Assembly: GCA_039096225.1 (NCBI GenBank)
Contig: JBBPEB010000011.1
Location: 124,001 to 188,000 of the forward strand
Reading direction: 5' to 3'
DNA length: 64,000 nt
Origin: Blastocystis sp. Blastoise
Taxonomy: Eukaryota > Protista > Bigyra: Opalinata
A program made the translations under genes and the position numbers. This document shows positions 25,185 to 40,646 of the stretch, one piece after another; the stretch's first letter is position 1; every line of letters starts with the position of its first letter. Under the pieces are notes generated by a model. That model did no database searches. It had not been told where the DNA came from and was given only the letters and a program-made list of their open reading frames with translations.

Positions 25185-25917
25185 CTTTTCTTGTTTTGGA
25201 TAAATGAATAATTCTTACAGTATAGTTTTGGCTTGTTTGTGATGAATTAAACAAGCCGTTTTCATTTATTCAACAAAATAACAAAAAAGTCACGATTATT
25301 TGGAAACATGTTCAGTGATTCTTTGTTTTCTGTTGTTTATCATCTCCTTTTTGTGTTCAAATCCCATTATTATCCATGTGAACTACTGGATGAATATCAA
25401 TTCGTTATTTTTTTTTCTCCCTTCATTTTAGGAATACTTTCAAGAATATTTTAAAATTATTCATTTCAAATTCGATTTATCGATTTATATCTCTTCTGCA
25501 AGCATAACTTATTTCTAGAAGCATTTCAACTCATGGCAATAGAATCATCATATACTTTAGAGACTCAATTTTGGAAAATTACTCATGAATTGACTCGTAA
25601 TTCGTTTCTTATTCGAATTTTTCAATATTCTAGCGTCAATAGTTATGCAGCAATATATGTTTATAAAAAACAAAACAAGTAAAAGACAATAATATAAAAA
25701 AAACAGTGATTAATTTTAAAAAAAAGTGAAAAATTCAAATAGCAATCATTATAACGTATTCATTTTAAAATAAATATATATCTAAAGAAATATTAAGAAA
25801 AATATACTATATATATAAAATATATATGTAAGAAAAGTATCTGTGTTTTGAAAAGAAGAAAATAATTAAAAAAAAAAGAAAACAATTAAATGAAAGGATA
25901 CAGTAAAAAAAGAATAA

Positions 25918-26908
25918 TTAAATGAAGGATAAATTAATAAGAATACTATTTAAAGCGTAAATAGATTATCTTGTATGCCATATTTTCTTTGAAGATATGA
26001 AGTAATAATTTGTTTAGAGGATTCACTTAGTGATTTTGAAATATATTGAGTTATTTCTTTATTCTTCTTTAATAGTAGTTGACACTATATTAGAAACAAT
26101 TAGTAATAATTTATATATATATATACATAATATTAAATAGACTATAAAATAAAGAATTACATACAATGAATTGACTTGTAAAGAATCGAATATAGAGATG
26201 GGATGACGTTAACAACAATTGTACGGAGCAGAAAAAAGTCATATCTTCATAATGAATATCTTTTATTTGAATGAATGAAATTATATGTGTCAAGAATGAT
26301 ATATAAAACTAAAAAAAAAAATTATAATGATAAGAATAAAGTATAAATAATAATGTCTCTATTATATTATATTATATTATATTATATTATATTATATTAT
26401 ATTATATACTATTATATTATATTATATTATATACTAATATATTATATACTATTATATTATATACTATTATATTATATTATATTATATTATATTATATTAT
26501 ATTATATACAGTAAATGAATTTATAGGTGTTTCCATGGTATTTGAAAGAGTATTTAGTTGTCTTATTAGAGATAGATATATATCCATTTTATATACATAA
26601 TCAAAATGATCAGACCACATGAAGAATAAATAGGAATAAGACATTAAATTCTATATATTTATAGTATATTATATTATTTATTATATTAGTCTATATATGA
26701 ATATGTATAAATGAATATATATACAGAGAATGATAGAGATTCAAGACTAGATGAAAGAGACTCATATATCTGTGAATAATGATCATATTCTAGATTGATA
26801 CTAGATTGAATAAAAAGAGACAAACAATCTACGATAAGATCATGCTTTGATGTCTATATATATATTTAATAAATAATATATATATATATAAATAAAAATA
26901 AATAAAAT

Positions 26909-26940
<32 letters not shown>

Positions 26941-27632
26941 TAAATAAATAGAATAACTATTAATAAATAAAATAACTATAATAAACCTATAAATACATCA
27001 CAAATAGTCTCTTGAAGACAATAAGTAATACATATAAAAATGAGTTGTTGATTTTCTGAAGATAATTGTGTTAACAATGACGCATCTTTCGACAATGAGG
27101 GATATATCGCTTGCAAATAATCATAGCACGTCATCTTCTGGGTTTCTATATTGGTATTCTTATATAAATTAAGAATATTTAATAAGAATTCTAATGTTTG
27201 ATTACTTTCTGTATTTAAATTCATCGATATATTCTGTATACTCTTATTCAATACATCTAAATTATGAATACTTGTATCCATTTGATTCATCATGTCTCGA
27301 GTATTATTTAATATTTCTTCAAATGATTTTAATGAATCATCCGAAGGAGATAAAGAAAGATTTATAGAATTCGAAGAATGATGAGATGGACTCATTAGTG
27401 GAGATATATCATGTGACTGAATGGTGTTGAGTTCGTCATCATGACGACGCTTAATGCCTGATGACGCAGCATGTGTTGGAGAAGAAGCAAGAATTGATGT
27501 TGAACTATTGATATTCTCTTTCTTATCTTCTTTTACAGTAGTTGGTATTTCTATAGAGATTGTATTGACAGATAGACTTTGAGTAGTAGAAGTAACAAGA
27601 GAAGGAATTGCAGGATATATGACTTTTATAGA

Positions 27633-27702
<70 letters not shown>

Positions 27703-27703
27703 G

Positions 27704-27801
<98 letters not shown>

Positions 27802-27802
27802 G

Positions 27803-27856
<54 letters not shown>

Positions 27857-30800
27857 CTAATTGGTTTTGAATTAATTGATTTTCATTTGTATTTTTCAAT
27901 ATATCATGATTATTCTGTGAAGGTAAGGGAGAAAGAAGTTGAAAGGATGTCAAAGAGTTTGTCAGTGATGCATTAGAGAGAGAATGGATCTTTGATGTAT
28001 CTTTTGAAGATAAAACACTTTCAGAACTAGTATAAGGGTTTGTTAAAGAAGAATCAAGGGCTGTAGCAGGAAGAGGAGAAGAAGAAGGAGATAATTTTAT
28101 ACGTTTACTAGAAGGAGAAGAAGTAGATTTCAAAGAAATATAATAATTATTATTATTATCTAAGATATTATTATTATTATTATTATTATTATTATCTAAG
28201 ATATTATTATTATTATTATTATTTTCAATAATGTTGTCCTGTTTTCCTGTAGAATTTATGATTGAAGAATCAATTATAGGTTTAGACATGTCTATACATA
28301 GAGGAAGATTGGATACAACTTGTATATCATTCCCATGTGAATCTGATATTGTTGTTGGAAGTATATGCTGTGTAGATTGATTTGTACTATTATTAATTTG
28401 AATAAGAGAAGAGCTTGAGGATTGAAAGGAAGAAGGTGATGTATTATAAGAAAAACTAAGGGATGAAGGCACAAAGACTCCTTTTTTGGGTTCTATCGGA
28501 CTAAAGGGTGGAAAACATGAAGAAGGAGGAAAAGTAATAGCTTTATTTATTTGAGGAGAAACATGATTATTTATTTGAGGAGAAATATTATTATTTATTA
28601 GAGGAGAATCATGATTATTTATTTGAGGAGAAACATTATTATTTATTTGAGGAGGAACATTAATAGTATTATTTGGTAACGATGGAGAAGAAGATGAAGC
28701 ATTGTTTTTAGATAATATATTCGAAGGTTGAGTAGAAGAATTAGCTATAGAAGATGTATGTATATCTTGTTGATTGATATTAATATGACTATTATCAATA
28801 GAATGATCTTGAGAAAGAGATTCATGAGTATTATTCATTATAATCATATGAATCGAATCATTCATGACATCATAGTCATTATTATTCTTTTCATTTTCTT
28901 TTGAATTATCATTTTCGGTAGGTATATTCTTTTCATTCTCTGTGTTACTATTATTATCATTATCATGAAATTGTATTTCTTTCTCCTCATTTGAAAAGGA
29001 TACTGTAGGAGAATAACTCGCAATAGTATTCCTTTCTGATTCAACAGATGATTGTACAGGTTCTAATCGAGGGATTCTATTTATATCCTTATCTATAGAT
29101 ATATATTTGGAATTTACATATATATTTGTATGAATAGAATTTCCTTCGCTATTCATATCATTCTCTTGTTCTATCTCCATATCATTAGATTTATTATTAT
29201 TAGTGTTGATACTCACAGAAGTCTCATGACTTATGCTCTCTTTATTCTCTTCAAATTCATTTGAATTCATATTATTCTCTTCAAATTCATTTGAACTCTT
29301 ATTATTCTCTTCAAATTCATTTGAATTCTTATTATCCTCTTCAAATTCATTTATATTCTGATCATTCTCTTCAAATTCATTTGAATTCATATTATTCTTA
29401 TGAGAATCTTCATGATATAAAGTACCTAATAAAGAATCATCACTATCTTCATCATCTTGTTGTATAGAATGATTTATAGTGCTATTATCTTGATTCTTCT
29501 CGTCTTCACTTGAGTTACTATGAACAGATAACAACGATAAACGTTTAACTAATGAAAGACGCGTCACTTCAGGAATAGATAAACGATTTAATGGATGTGA
29601 AATACTATTTCGTTCAGATGATGTTAATATAGAAATAGAAGGAAAAGATACACGTCTATTATTACTATTATTATAATTATTATTATTAGTAGTAGTATCA
29701 GAAGAAGCTTGAATATCCGTATTAAGAATGGTCTTTCTATTAGTTGTATCTACTTGTATAGAAAGAGAATGAATAGGAGGAAGACTGTCTGTCTGCTCTT
29801 CTATATCCATTGGCTCTTTTATGGATTGTAAAGGAATGAAAGTACTATTGTTAGTAATATTTTTCTCATCATCTTCATTATTATTATTATTTTTATCTTC
29901 ATCTATATTATTATTATTTCTCTCTTCATCTTCATTTTTAATATTTTTCTCATCATCTATTTTATTATTAATTTTTTTCTCATCATTTATATTATTCTCA
30001 ATTTCCTTTTTATCATTTGAAAGAGAGGAAATTGAAGATTTTTGTTCTGTTTGAGTATCTGTCATAATTCCATTCACATTCTTAACGTCTTCGGAGATTA
30101 TTGGAATATTATTTGTATTTATATTTATTATTTCTGTGGATGGAGATGAAGAAGTATTTTTATTTATAGGCAGACAAGTATGATCTTCTATATTATTTGA
30201 AGGAGATAGAATAACATTAGAAGAAGAAGTATTAGATGTAATACTAGTTGATAGAGGAAGAGAAGAGAGTTGATTATTATTCTTGGTTATTTGATTATTT
30301 TCTAAATTATTTGAAGTAGTAGTAAAAGAAGAAGTAGATACAGGAGTAACTACTGGGAGAGATGAAGATGAAATAGATGTATTATTTATATTCAAAGAAA
30401 GTGAGTTATTCATAGTTATTTCTGTAGGAAGAGGAGAAGAAGGAGAGGATTGAACAGTATTTTCTTTTAATATAGTATCATTAGTATTAATAAGATTATT
30501 ATTATTATTATTATTATTTTGAATACTATTATTATCAATAATTTCCTTATTATTCTTATTATCAATAGTTTCTTTATTATTCTTATTATCAATAATTTCC
30601 TTACTATTCTTATTATCAATAACTTCCTTACTATTCTTATTATCAATAATTTCCTTATTATTCTTATTATCAATAATTTCCTTATTATTCTTATCTTCAA
30701 CAGTATTCTTAATAACATTATTATTATTATTATCTTCAACAGTATCAGGAGGCAAAGGAATCGAATCATTAATCTCTCTATATAAACATATACACATATA

Positions 30801-32616
30801 TATATAAACATAATAGAATATATATATATAAGCATACAAGAGTTGTTCTCCACGCTTGACTTGTTCTAGCCAATCAGATCCCATAGTTGTTTCTATATAC
30901 GTCTTTTCATTGGGTAAACAATTATTATAGATATCTATAATATTCACAGGTATAAAAGTATATATTAATGTGAATAATAACTGTACTGAAGGGATCAACC
31001 GACGTATATGGATATATACAATCTATATATATATAATTAAATAATAAATAAATAAATATATAATTGAGAAAAAATATATATACTTTTTTAATAAAAATTT
31101 CTATAACTCTTCGTTTGATTTTAAGTTCATTTCTTCTCGTTTGAATCATTGTAATCAGACCATTTAAGCAAATTTCAGTTTGATTTTCTTTTCTATTTTC
31201 TAAAGAAGTAAGTAAACCTACAAAAACATGTGTATTTCCATGGGAATATAAGAAATCTAATAGACCTATAGTAATGTCTTTGATTTTTTGAGATGACATT
31301 TGACTGCAAGGTAATAACTATAGAATATTATTTATATATAATATAATATATAATAATAATAAATAAATAATAAATAAATAATAAATAAATAATAATAATA
31401 ATAAATAATAAATAAATAATAAATAAATAATAATAAATAATAAATAAATAATAATAAATAATAATAAATAAATAATAAATAAATAATAAATAAATAATAA
31501 ATAAATAATAATAAATAATAAATAAATAATAAATAAATAATAAATAATAATAAATAAATAATAATATACACAACGAATAGTTTTTTCTCCTTCTAAATCA
31601 GAATCTATGCATTGATATACATAACAGAATCCTAATAATTCTAATCCGGCAATTCTTACTTTTTGATTATGATTTTCAACTAATATAATAACAGCATCAT
31701 AAAGGTTTCTTTCATTTAAGCCACATAATTCTTCAGAAGTCACATGTGAATCCGATTTTGATTGTACTAATGTTAATAGTCTATTCTTAATGGAATCACT
31801 TATTTGTATTTGATTAAACCAATCAGATGAAGGAAGACTTTTAATAGATTCTTTTAATATATCAATTTCTGATTGAGAATTCTCTAAAACCATCATTCCT
31901 GCCATTGGAGATACGCGGGCTGCACGTATTTCTCCAGTAGAATTAAATGATTGGTTAAATCGATCTTTTGATGAAACTGACGCACGTGATACTGTTGAAG
32001 ATTGTGAACGATTCATTGGAGCACGTGATGTGGATATAACTCCTATAATAATAATAATAATTATTATTATAATGCAAATGATAAGAATAAAATAACAAGA
32101 ATACATTAATAATAATAATAATAATATATAAATATAAATACTTCCTGGAGGAGATAATAAGCCCATATTCATCTTCGACGTATAATTCCCACGGTTTTTC
32201 ATTGATGTTGATATATTTGTTTCATTCATAAAAGTATCGTTTTTAGTATTAGTCGATAGAGTTCGTTTAGAAGAGGGGATATCTGTATAGAGACTAGATA
32301 TCGAGAGAGAACTGGTATTATTATCATCATTTGAGGAGGGATATAAAGAGGATCTTTCGACACGTGTATATGTATGTGATGAAGGAACAGAAGAACTCGA
32401 ATGGAATACTTTAGAAGGAAGGTCTGATTCTGATATATAAATATTTTTATATAATAATAGTAATAATAATAATATTATAATATGAATAATAAGAATAAAA
32501 AAGTATATATATACGAGTATTTTGATTAATTGATTGTATTTCAGAAATTTCTATATATAGAGTAGAGAATGAATTGAATTATTATGTTTTATATTATAAA
32601 TGATAAATGAAATAGA

Positions 32617-32653
<37 letters not shown>

Positions 32654-34088
32654 TAGTTTTCCTAGTAGGTGTCATTCGATTGGGTGCTCCTAAGTATGTA
32701 TTTATAGGTATTTGTTCTTGTATAGGAGAGAGAGGAGATATAGATGGAGGAGATACAAGAGAAGAAGAAGAAGAAGGAGGAGGAGATTGAAGAGAAGAAC
32801 CTACTTTATTTATATTAGTCTTTGGAGTATTAATATTCATAGATATAGGCATAGAATTATTTGAAGCTTCTATAAAGAGAGAAATAACAGAATAATAATC
32901 ATAGTTTATAAATGGAAAATATAGCATAAAGAATTTATTTTTATTAAAAAGAAGATTAATCAATAGAATGAATACTTGAAATATCTTTATTGGATTTAGG
33001 TATTTCTGGCTTTGAATTCCCGTGATTAATTGCAGTAAGAGATAGATTACTATATTCACGTACTTTATCGTTACGATCACTTAAACCGATTTGAATAGCA
33101 TTATATATAGCATCATATTGTCTATTGAGAGAGGAGAAGATATATTATAATAAAATATAATATAAAATAAAATAATATAATATAATATAAAAAAAAAATT
33201 ATTATTATTATAATAAAAAAAAATCATATTATTATCATAATAAAAAAAGACTTAATATTATAATACAAAAAAAAAAATCATATATATATACTTATCAAGA
33301 ATATCTTTGCTCCAGTTTTGTATGCATATAGAAAGACCTTCCATACATGCATATCGTATCTTATCATTTGCTTTATTTTCAAGACCAGTAAGTAACGCTG
33401 AAATGATCTTAATTGATCCTATAGGTAAAGATCGTAATATAGTCATCAAGGCCTCACGACTCTGCTTAGAATTCACATAATTACTACCCTAAAGAAGATA
33501 TAATATATAATTATTAAAAAACATTCTATATATATTAATTAAATGCCAGAAAAGTAATAATAAAATAAATAATCTAAATAAAAATATTAAAAAAATAAAT
33601 ATATAAAAATAACAATATGAACAATAACATATACATACGGCACAACAACTAATTAATTCTGTAACTAAAAGAATAAGACTATTCTCTATGGATTCCTTAT
33701 ATGCTTGTGTTAAAAGAACAAGTGTATTACACGTTGCAGATGCCTTTAAAATAGAATTATCAAGAATATAATACATTATAAAAGACAAATGATATATAAA
33801 CTAATGAAATAAGATATTTTAAAACAGTATATACAACACTAGATCGTTCATCGCGAAGACATGAATATAAAGAGGGAACCATTCGTCTCAACGCTTGAAT
33901 ATCTGGTAATGCAAGTGTCTTTGAAGTATTTGGTAATGTCTGAATATATAATAATTCATTATAAAAAGAGAAGAACACAATCAATATACTCCTAATAGTA
34001 CAATTCCATTCTTTCTACTCTCCCAATTTTCAGATGATACTTTGATAAGTGATTCAACTTGCTCAAGTTGCTTTAATACAGAACTCAT
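25918..34088 (-). CDS. CLASP-like TOG/HEAT microtubule-associated protein with long Asn/Ser low-complexity insert
   Basis: N-terminal TOG features (ENWESRK, LRDERSSVASATCNTL, KIRYAC, SDRNDKVRE), Ser/Arg-rich linker, second TOG-like block (SSDWFNQ, NQKVRIAG), C-terminal LSESSKQIITSYLQR. All introns spliced as GT-AG in frame. Confidence 0.65.
27633..27855 (-). repeat. (AAT)n coding poly-Asn tract with two internal KT interruptions
   Basis: Read directly from the sequence and the 1340-aa ORF. Confidence 0.95.
29241..29399 (-). repeat. Coding 30-bp tandem repeat (xNEFEENNxx x5)
   Basis: SNEFEENDQN INEFEEDNKN SNEFEENNKS SNEFEENNMN SNEFEENK. Confidence 0.9.
30529..30745 (-). repeat. Coding 27-bp tandem repeat (IIDNKNxKE, about 6-7 copies)
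   Basis: Seen in the 1340-aa ORF translation. Confidence 0.9.
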
Positions 34089-35158
34089 TTAGTTTGTAGT
34101 GATCAATGGACTTTAATTTCGATCCTTTACATAATATAGAATACATATATAATTCAAACATACTATTTACAAATAAAATATCAAAAAAATAAATCTATTT
34201 TGACTACAAAAACCTTAGAATAGAATTTTTTATTCTTTATTAAAAGCAAACCACGAAAAAAATAATAAAAGTCCAAGAAAAATTGATTATTTTTATGTTT
34301 TTTTTCCAAATTCAAAAAAATTGGCTTTTTTATCTGAAATTATTTCAGTCATTCCTAATCTTTCTCTAATCATATGATGTAATATATATTATATATTATT
34401 TTTCATACTAGTGTAAGAATCTGAAATAGTGCATCTCTGATAATATATGAAAAATAAATCATTTTAGTCACTTCATATTTGTGATTCACATTTAAAACTA
34501 CTTATTTGAATATGAATGAGTTCTAAAAATGAAAAGAAAAAGAACAAAAACATATTCTCATTTCATACATTTAAAAAACGTAAAGTTTACTATAGAAAAT
34601 CAGTTAATTAGTTTTTTATTGAAAATATTTCTAATTTCTCATTCACATTACTATAATCAAGTTATGTCTAGTATCTCTTATATATGATTTTATAAAACTT
34701 TTCTTAAATAACAAATTATTTGAATTTATTGTGTTTATTTATTTAGAAAACTAAGTCTAAATTCATAAGAAGATCTTTGTGATTTATTTATACTTTGTAT
34801 ATTTGTGAAAAGGATATAGAATTTTATTGTTTCAGTTAATTTACAAATGAAACTCAATAAAATTAAATATATTATTTACATATCAATATATGAAAATATC
34901 ATATATGTAAGAAAACATATAACATATGATTTCTAAGTATCATAAAATAAAAGAAAACAAATTGATATTTTGTTTTTATTGGATACTCACAAAAGAAAAT
35001 TGAAAGTGTTTTCCCGTGAAGACCAAAGGAGAATAACGTTATTTTTTTATTTTAATCATGTTTTTCGAGATGGTTTCTGGGTGATTTTTATTACACAATT
35101 AACGCCAACAGAGAGATTTGTGAAGTTAGTATTTCTTGATTAAGGTATACTATAAATA

Positions 35159-37784
35159 ATGGAGTTGAAATATTTGCCTGAGGGATATTTCTCAGTTAAT
35201 GAAACATGGTCGAATGAAAGAAAGCCAAGAAGACACTCATCTCACAGTGGATCCATGAAGAAAGTCAAACGATATTATCAGAATACTCGTTTTATTGTTA
35301 TATTGGTTGTTGTTGTTGTTTTTATCCTTTTAGTTGGTATTATAACTACAGCTGCTCTCATGTTAACTCAACAACAAGTTGATCCTTTATTAACTTGTCC
35401 AACTGGATTTAATTTAACTGGATGTGGTCGAGATGATTTCCTTGGTTATATGTCTTGGACAAAAGAATCTGGTTTTCGTATTAATGATGAAGTTTTTACA
35501 CAAGGTGTTGCTTTTCGTATTTATGCACCTATAGTTGAAGCTGTGCTAATTAAAGTTTCAAATTCAAAAACGACATCAACTATTCAAATGACGTATATAA
35601 ATAAATATATTCTTTTTTTTTTTAAATAATTATATTTTTTTTATTTTTTTTTAATAATTATTTATATATTATTATTCTTATTATAGTAGTCAAGTAAATG
35701 GTTATTGGTTTGCAATTCTTGGTGGATATACTTATGGTGATAACTTTATATTTAATTTCTTATATCAAGGTCAATATTATATTCGTCATAGCTTAGAATC
35801 TTATGAATTGTATATATTTATTGTATTGTTATTATTATTTGGTTATTTTTAATTTATATGTAATGTATTATTGATATTATTATTTGATTAATTTAAATTT
35901 ATATATATATTATATATTTTTGAATGTTATATAAGTATAGTTATTTATTTGAGACCAATAATGTTCAGGATATTATTACAGATCTTTCCTTTGATTGGGA
36001 GGGATATAAATCTATTAATCATATCAGTAGACAACAATTAATACTATATCATATACATATACCTACATTCAATCCTACTGGAAGTATATTATTTTATTTT
36101 TTATTATTATTATTTTATTTATTATTATTATTTTATTTATTTTTATTGTTTTATTTTTTTTTTATTTATTATTATTATTGTCTTATTTTATTTTATTTAT
36201 TATTATCTATTATATAATAATAATAATAATAATATATATATATATATATAGTAAGTACGTTAGGTTCTTATTCCTCCGTTGAGAGCCGTTTAGATTATTT
36301 ACAGGAATTAGGTATAAATACTCTTGTTCTTATGCCCATAGAACCTTTAGAATGTTCTATAACAACTTCTAGTAAATGTTGGAGTATATATATATATTAT
36401 ATATATATATATATTTAATATAAAATAATATATACTTGTATTCATATTATGTATATATATAATCTATTTATATATATATACTGTCTATCCTATATACTAC
36501 TATATCTTCCTTGTCTCTATAGGTGATGCTAGTACCTTATACCCTGGTAAACTTCATCCTTCTCATGGATCCTTATATCAATTAAAATCATTAATTAAAT
36601 CAGCTCATAAACATAATTTATTTGTTATATTTGAAGTCAATTGGTCATTATTCTCATCATCCTGTTTCTTATATAATTATGAAATGGGATATACCAATTA
36701 TTGGGGACCTTTCTTTAATGAATATAATCTAGAGGATTGTCCATTAAATAAGAATAGACTGAATTTGACTGAAACTAGTAGAGGTCGTCAATTCTTAACA
36801 AATATTATTCAGAAATGGAAAACATCTCTGGGTATTGATGGTATATCATTTAAAAATTTCCTTTGTTTTCGTACTCTGGGATATGACTGTTCCCGCGGGA
36901 ATTCCACTGATAATACGATAGCTATTGAATTCTTCAGACAATTAACAACTGATTTATCGATGTATTATGTATATATTTATATATTATTATTTTATTATTA
37001 TTATTATATATATAAATTATGTATTTAGATTGCTGAAGATAATATAAATGGATATACTATAAAGAGTAAAATAAAGAATGTTGTATTATCGGCTTTAGAT
37101 GGAGGTCTGGGGTTTACAGGACAATATGAACAAACTTTGTTTTCTAATGTGATTATTCAATTAGCTAATAATACTATATCTTATAATGCTTTAGAGAATT
37201 ATTTCAATCACATGGGGTTAAATTATTATTCCTCTATTGCTTTTATTGAATATCCAACCTATCTTACTGTACATATTAATGATTATATATATTATTTATT
37301 ATATTTATTATATTTATTATGTTTATTATATTTGTTATTATATTTATTATGTTTATTATATATAGTCCGTTAGGTTGCGTCGTCTCTTTTCTCCTTCTTC
37401 TCCTACTACTACAACCGCATTCCGAAAACAACTTCTCTCTCTCTTCTTCTTATTCACACTCCCAGATATACCTTATTTATTTATGGGTATGTATTATTAT
37501 ATTTTATTTTTATTATATTTATTATATTTATTATATTTATTATATTTATTATATTTATTATATTTATTATATTTATTATATTTATTATATTTATTATTAT
37601 TATTATATTTATTATATGTATTATAATTGAATATATTATTACATAAATATTATCTAATATATATATATGTTTATATACTATATATATTATATATAGGTAC
37701 TGAGTATATGACCGTTATTCCATTTGCTGCTAATCCCCAAAGTCTCAATCTCGATGATGTTGGTGTATATGAAAATGGAAGGTA

Positions 37785-37835
<51 letters not shown>

Positions 37836-38464
37836 TATATATATATTTATATAGATGGATTGCTCAAGGTTCATTGTATCCTTCTTTCTTAGCTACACAA
37901 ACACTTATTTCATTACGTAAAGCTTATACTGTATATATCTATATATCTGCTTATATCTATGTCTATATTATTATTATATTATATATTATTGCTTATATAT
38001 ATATATATTCTAGTCCTTTGCTAGTTCTCAATATGTATTATATTATCATAATACTCGTCTGAAGTTACTTGCATTCTATAAAGATACACTTGTATTTGTT
38101 ATTAACTATAGTTTAAGAGATATCCTAACTACTGAGTATATATATTATATATATTATTATTATTATAAATCATATAGTATATAAGAATTATTATTATTAT
38201 AAATCATATTATATATATAGTGAAGTTCAGATTGATTTCCCTTATGGTAATCCTCAAGATAATTATTATAAGTTATTATTTACTTCCGATAGTACTGATT
38301 ATCATGCTTCCTTTACTAATATAGGTAGAGATGTGTCATTAGAAGACTGTTCAGAAGAAGGGAACTTTAAATATCCTTATTGTTCAACTATTCCTATTGC
38401 TCGTTTATCTGTACTTATATATGAACTTCGTACAAGAACTTCTACTTCAACATCTTCTATATAA
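35159..38464 (+). CDS. Type II membrane protein with CBM48 + GH13 (alpha-amylase superfamily) domain, probably inactive
   Basis: N-terminal TM (FIVILVVVVVFILLVGIITTAALML), GVAFRIYAP, LYHIHIPTF, RLDYLQELGINTLVLMPI, LIKSAHKHNL, GIDG, IAED, GGLGF, PYLFMGTEY. Confidence 0.85.
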
Positions 38465-38879
38465 ATATTATTCATTAATTATATAATCTTTGAAAAACTA
38501 TCTCTATTTTACTTATGTTATTCTATGTCAATTATTTTTTAAATATATATGTATATCATTATTGTTATTAAAACATTTATATATATATTATTTTTCTTTC
38601 TATTCTTCTTTTTTTTTTACGTAAAGAATATATAAAATAAAATGAATATATAAATTATATGGTACTTGTAATATAAATTATTTATTTAATAAAATCATTA
38701 TTTTTATATATATATTCATTTCTATTTTGTATTATTTTATATAAACTTTTTTTATATACTTTTTATTTTATATTATTTTATATAAACTTTTTTAAATATA
38801 TTTATATATATATATTTATATTTTCTTTGTTCATTTGCTATATATTCTATATTGCACAGTCTTGCATGTATACTAATTC

Positions 38880-38920
<41 letters not shown>

Positions 38921-39229
38921 CATATATATATTCATTTATATCTAGCTTTCTTAAAACATTTTTATTCTTTTCATATATACTTTATTTTTAGCTATTTCAT
39001 ATTCTTAATATTATATTTATTAATTTTATTACTCTTTTTTTTTTAAATTCATTTAGAGTATATTCTAGAGAATTATCTTTATAATTTTTACAAATTAAAA
39101 AAAAATATATGTTACTCAGCAATATATATATATTTTCTTCTTTAAAAAAAACTACAATTTGTGTTATAAGCTATTCTATCCTGTTTTGTTTTAAATAATC
39201 TATTTGATTTATAGAGGAAAAGACGATAA

Positions 39230-39261
<32 letters not shown>

Positions 39262-39427
39262 AAAACGATCAGCAATAATAAAGAATAGTATAATTTTTTA
39301 TTTTACATTAAAAAACATATAAAAATGGCTTTTTAATATATATTAAATGAAAGAAAGAAAAAGAATAAAACAGATTTCACATTATAAACAGAAATGATAC
39401 GCATATCTAGAATAATAAGACCAATTA

Positions 39428-40646
39428 TTAATTTTTCTTTTGCTTTTTGCAATTGTCATATTCAAATGTTAAAACATCTGGTATATTACTATAATCCTAT
39501 ATATATAATTATAATTATATAATAAAAAAAAGCATATATATATATATACTTTAAACTGGAATAAAGTGAATAATTTGGTTGAACATATTGTTGAATACCA
39601 ATGAACAAAATACTATAATATATAATAGATATAATAAAATAATATAATAAATATAATAATAGAATAAATATAATAATATAATAATATAATAAATATAATA
39701 TATATAATAAATATAAATAATATATACATGATAATTAAGATAATACCAAATAGATCCATTAATAAGTCCTAATATACTTCCTACTATAAGTTGATCTAAA
39801 AAGTGTTCTCCCAAGTATAATCTTTATATATATATATATAATAATTCTATAAATATAATATTATAATTCTATAAATATAATATTATAATTCTATAAATAT
39901 AATACTATAACTCTATATATCTAATAATAGAACTCTATATAGTATACCTTGAGAAGAAAATAATAATTGTTAAGACATATATAAATAGAACAGCTACATA
40001 TTGCATCCATCTATGAATAAATTTACATCTATATATATAGAAATTATAAGAAATTATAATTCAATAAATTATTAAAAAAATAATAATAATACAAAAAAAA
40101 AATCATTATTTACCTTTTTAATAAAAAGAAAGTCATATAAACAGCAAAGAAACACATGAATTGCATGTGATCTGAAGGCATTCCATTATTATGTTGTAAT
40201 GCAGCTATAAAAAATTAAGTTTAATATAAAAATTAATATATTTCTTGAAAATACTATCAGGTCTTGGCATGTCACAAATTAATTTTAGGAAAATATTGAT
40301 AAATAAATTGATTAACTAAATAGAATACACATTAGACTTTGAATTCTTCAAGAAAATATATCAAAATAATAATAATAAATAAAAAATAATACTATAAATG
40401 ACATAACATATATACTTGACCTATTAAAAGGAAACATGTTTCAATTTCACGATGTAATAATATTTCTGAACAGTACATTACAATTACAAATCTATATTTA
40501 TAAGAAAAATAAATGTAAATGATTAGAATAATTTAATAATGAATTAAATACATAGGAGCTAAGGAGACAATGGACATAACTTTTCCAAGAAAAGGATTCG
40601 AATCCTCATACATGAAATGAGTCAAAGAAAATGAAACCCTCGTCAT
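39428..40646 (-). CDS. DOLPP1: Dolichyldiphosphatase 1-like PAP2 phosphatase
   Basis: SFSLTHFMY N-terminus, C1 KLICDMPRP, C2 GMPSDHMQFM, C3 SRLYLGEHFLDQLIVG, lysine-rich C-terminus. Confidence 0.85.

Noticed and set aside
31005-31020. ATATCCAT on the minus strand in the CLASP-like gene, the same as the transportin U12-like donor
   Set aside because: The frame is open through it and the peptide fits a HEAT helix pair, so no intron is required.
39822-39826. AAG acceptor in the DOLPP1-like gene matching the upstream exon end (TCAAG) as another mRNA-matching case
   Set aside because: It is still GT-AG, and an AAG acceptor without such a match occurs in the CLASP-like gene (near 33744), so it is not independent support.
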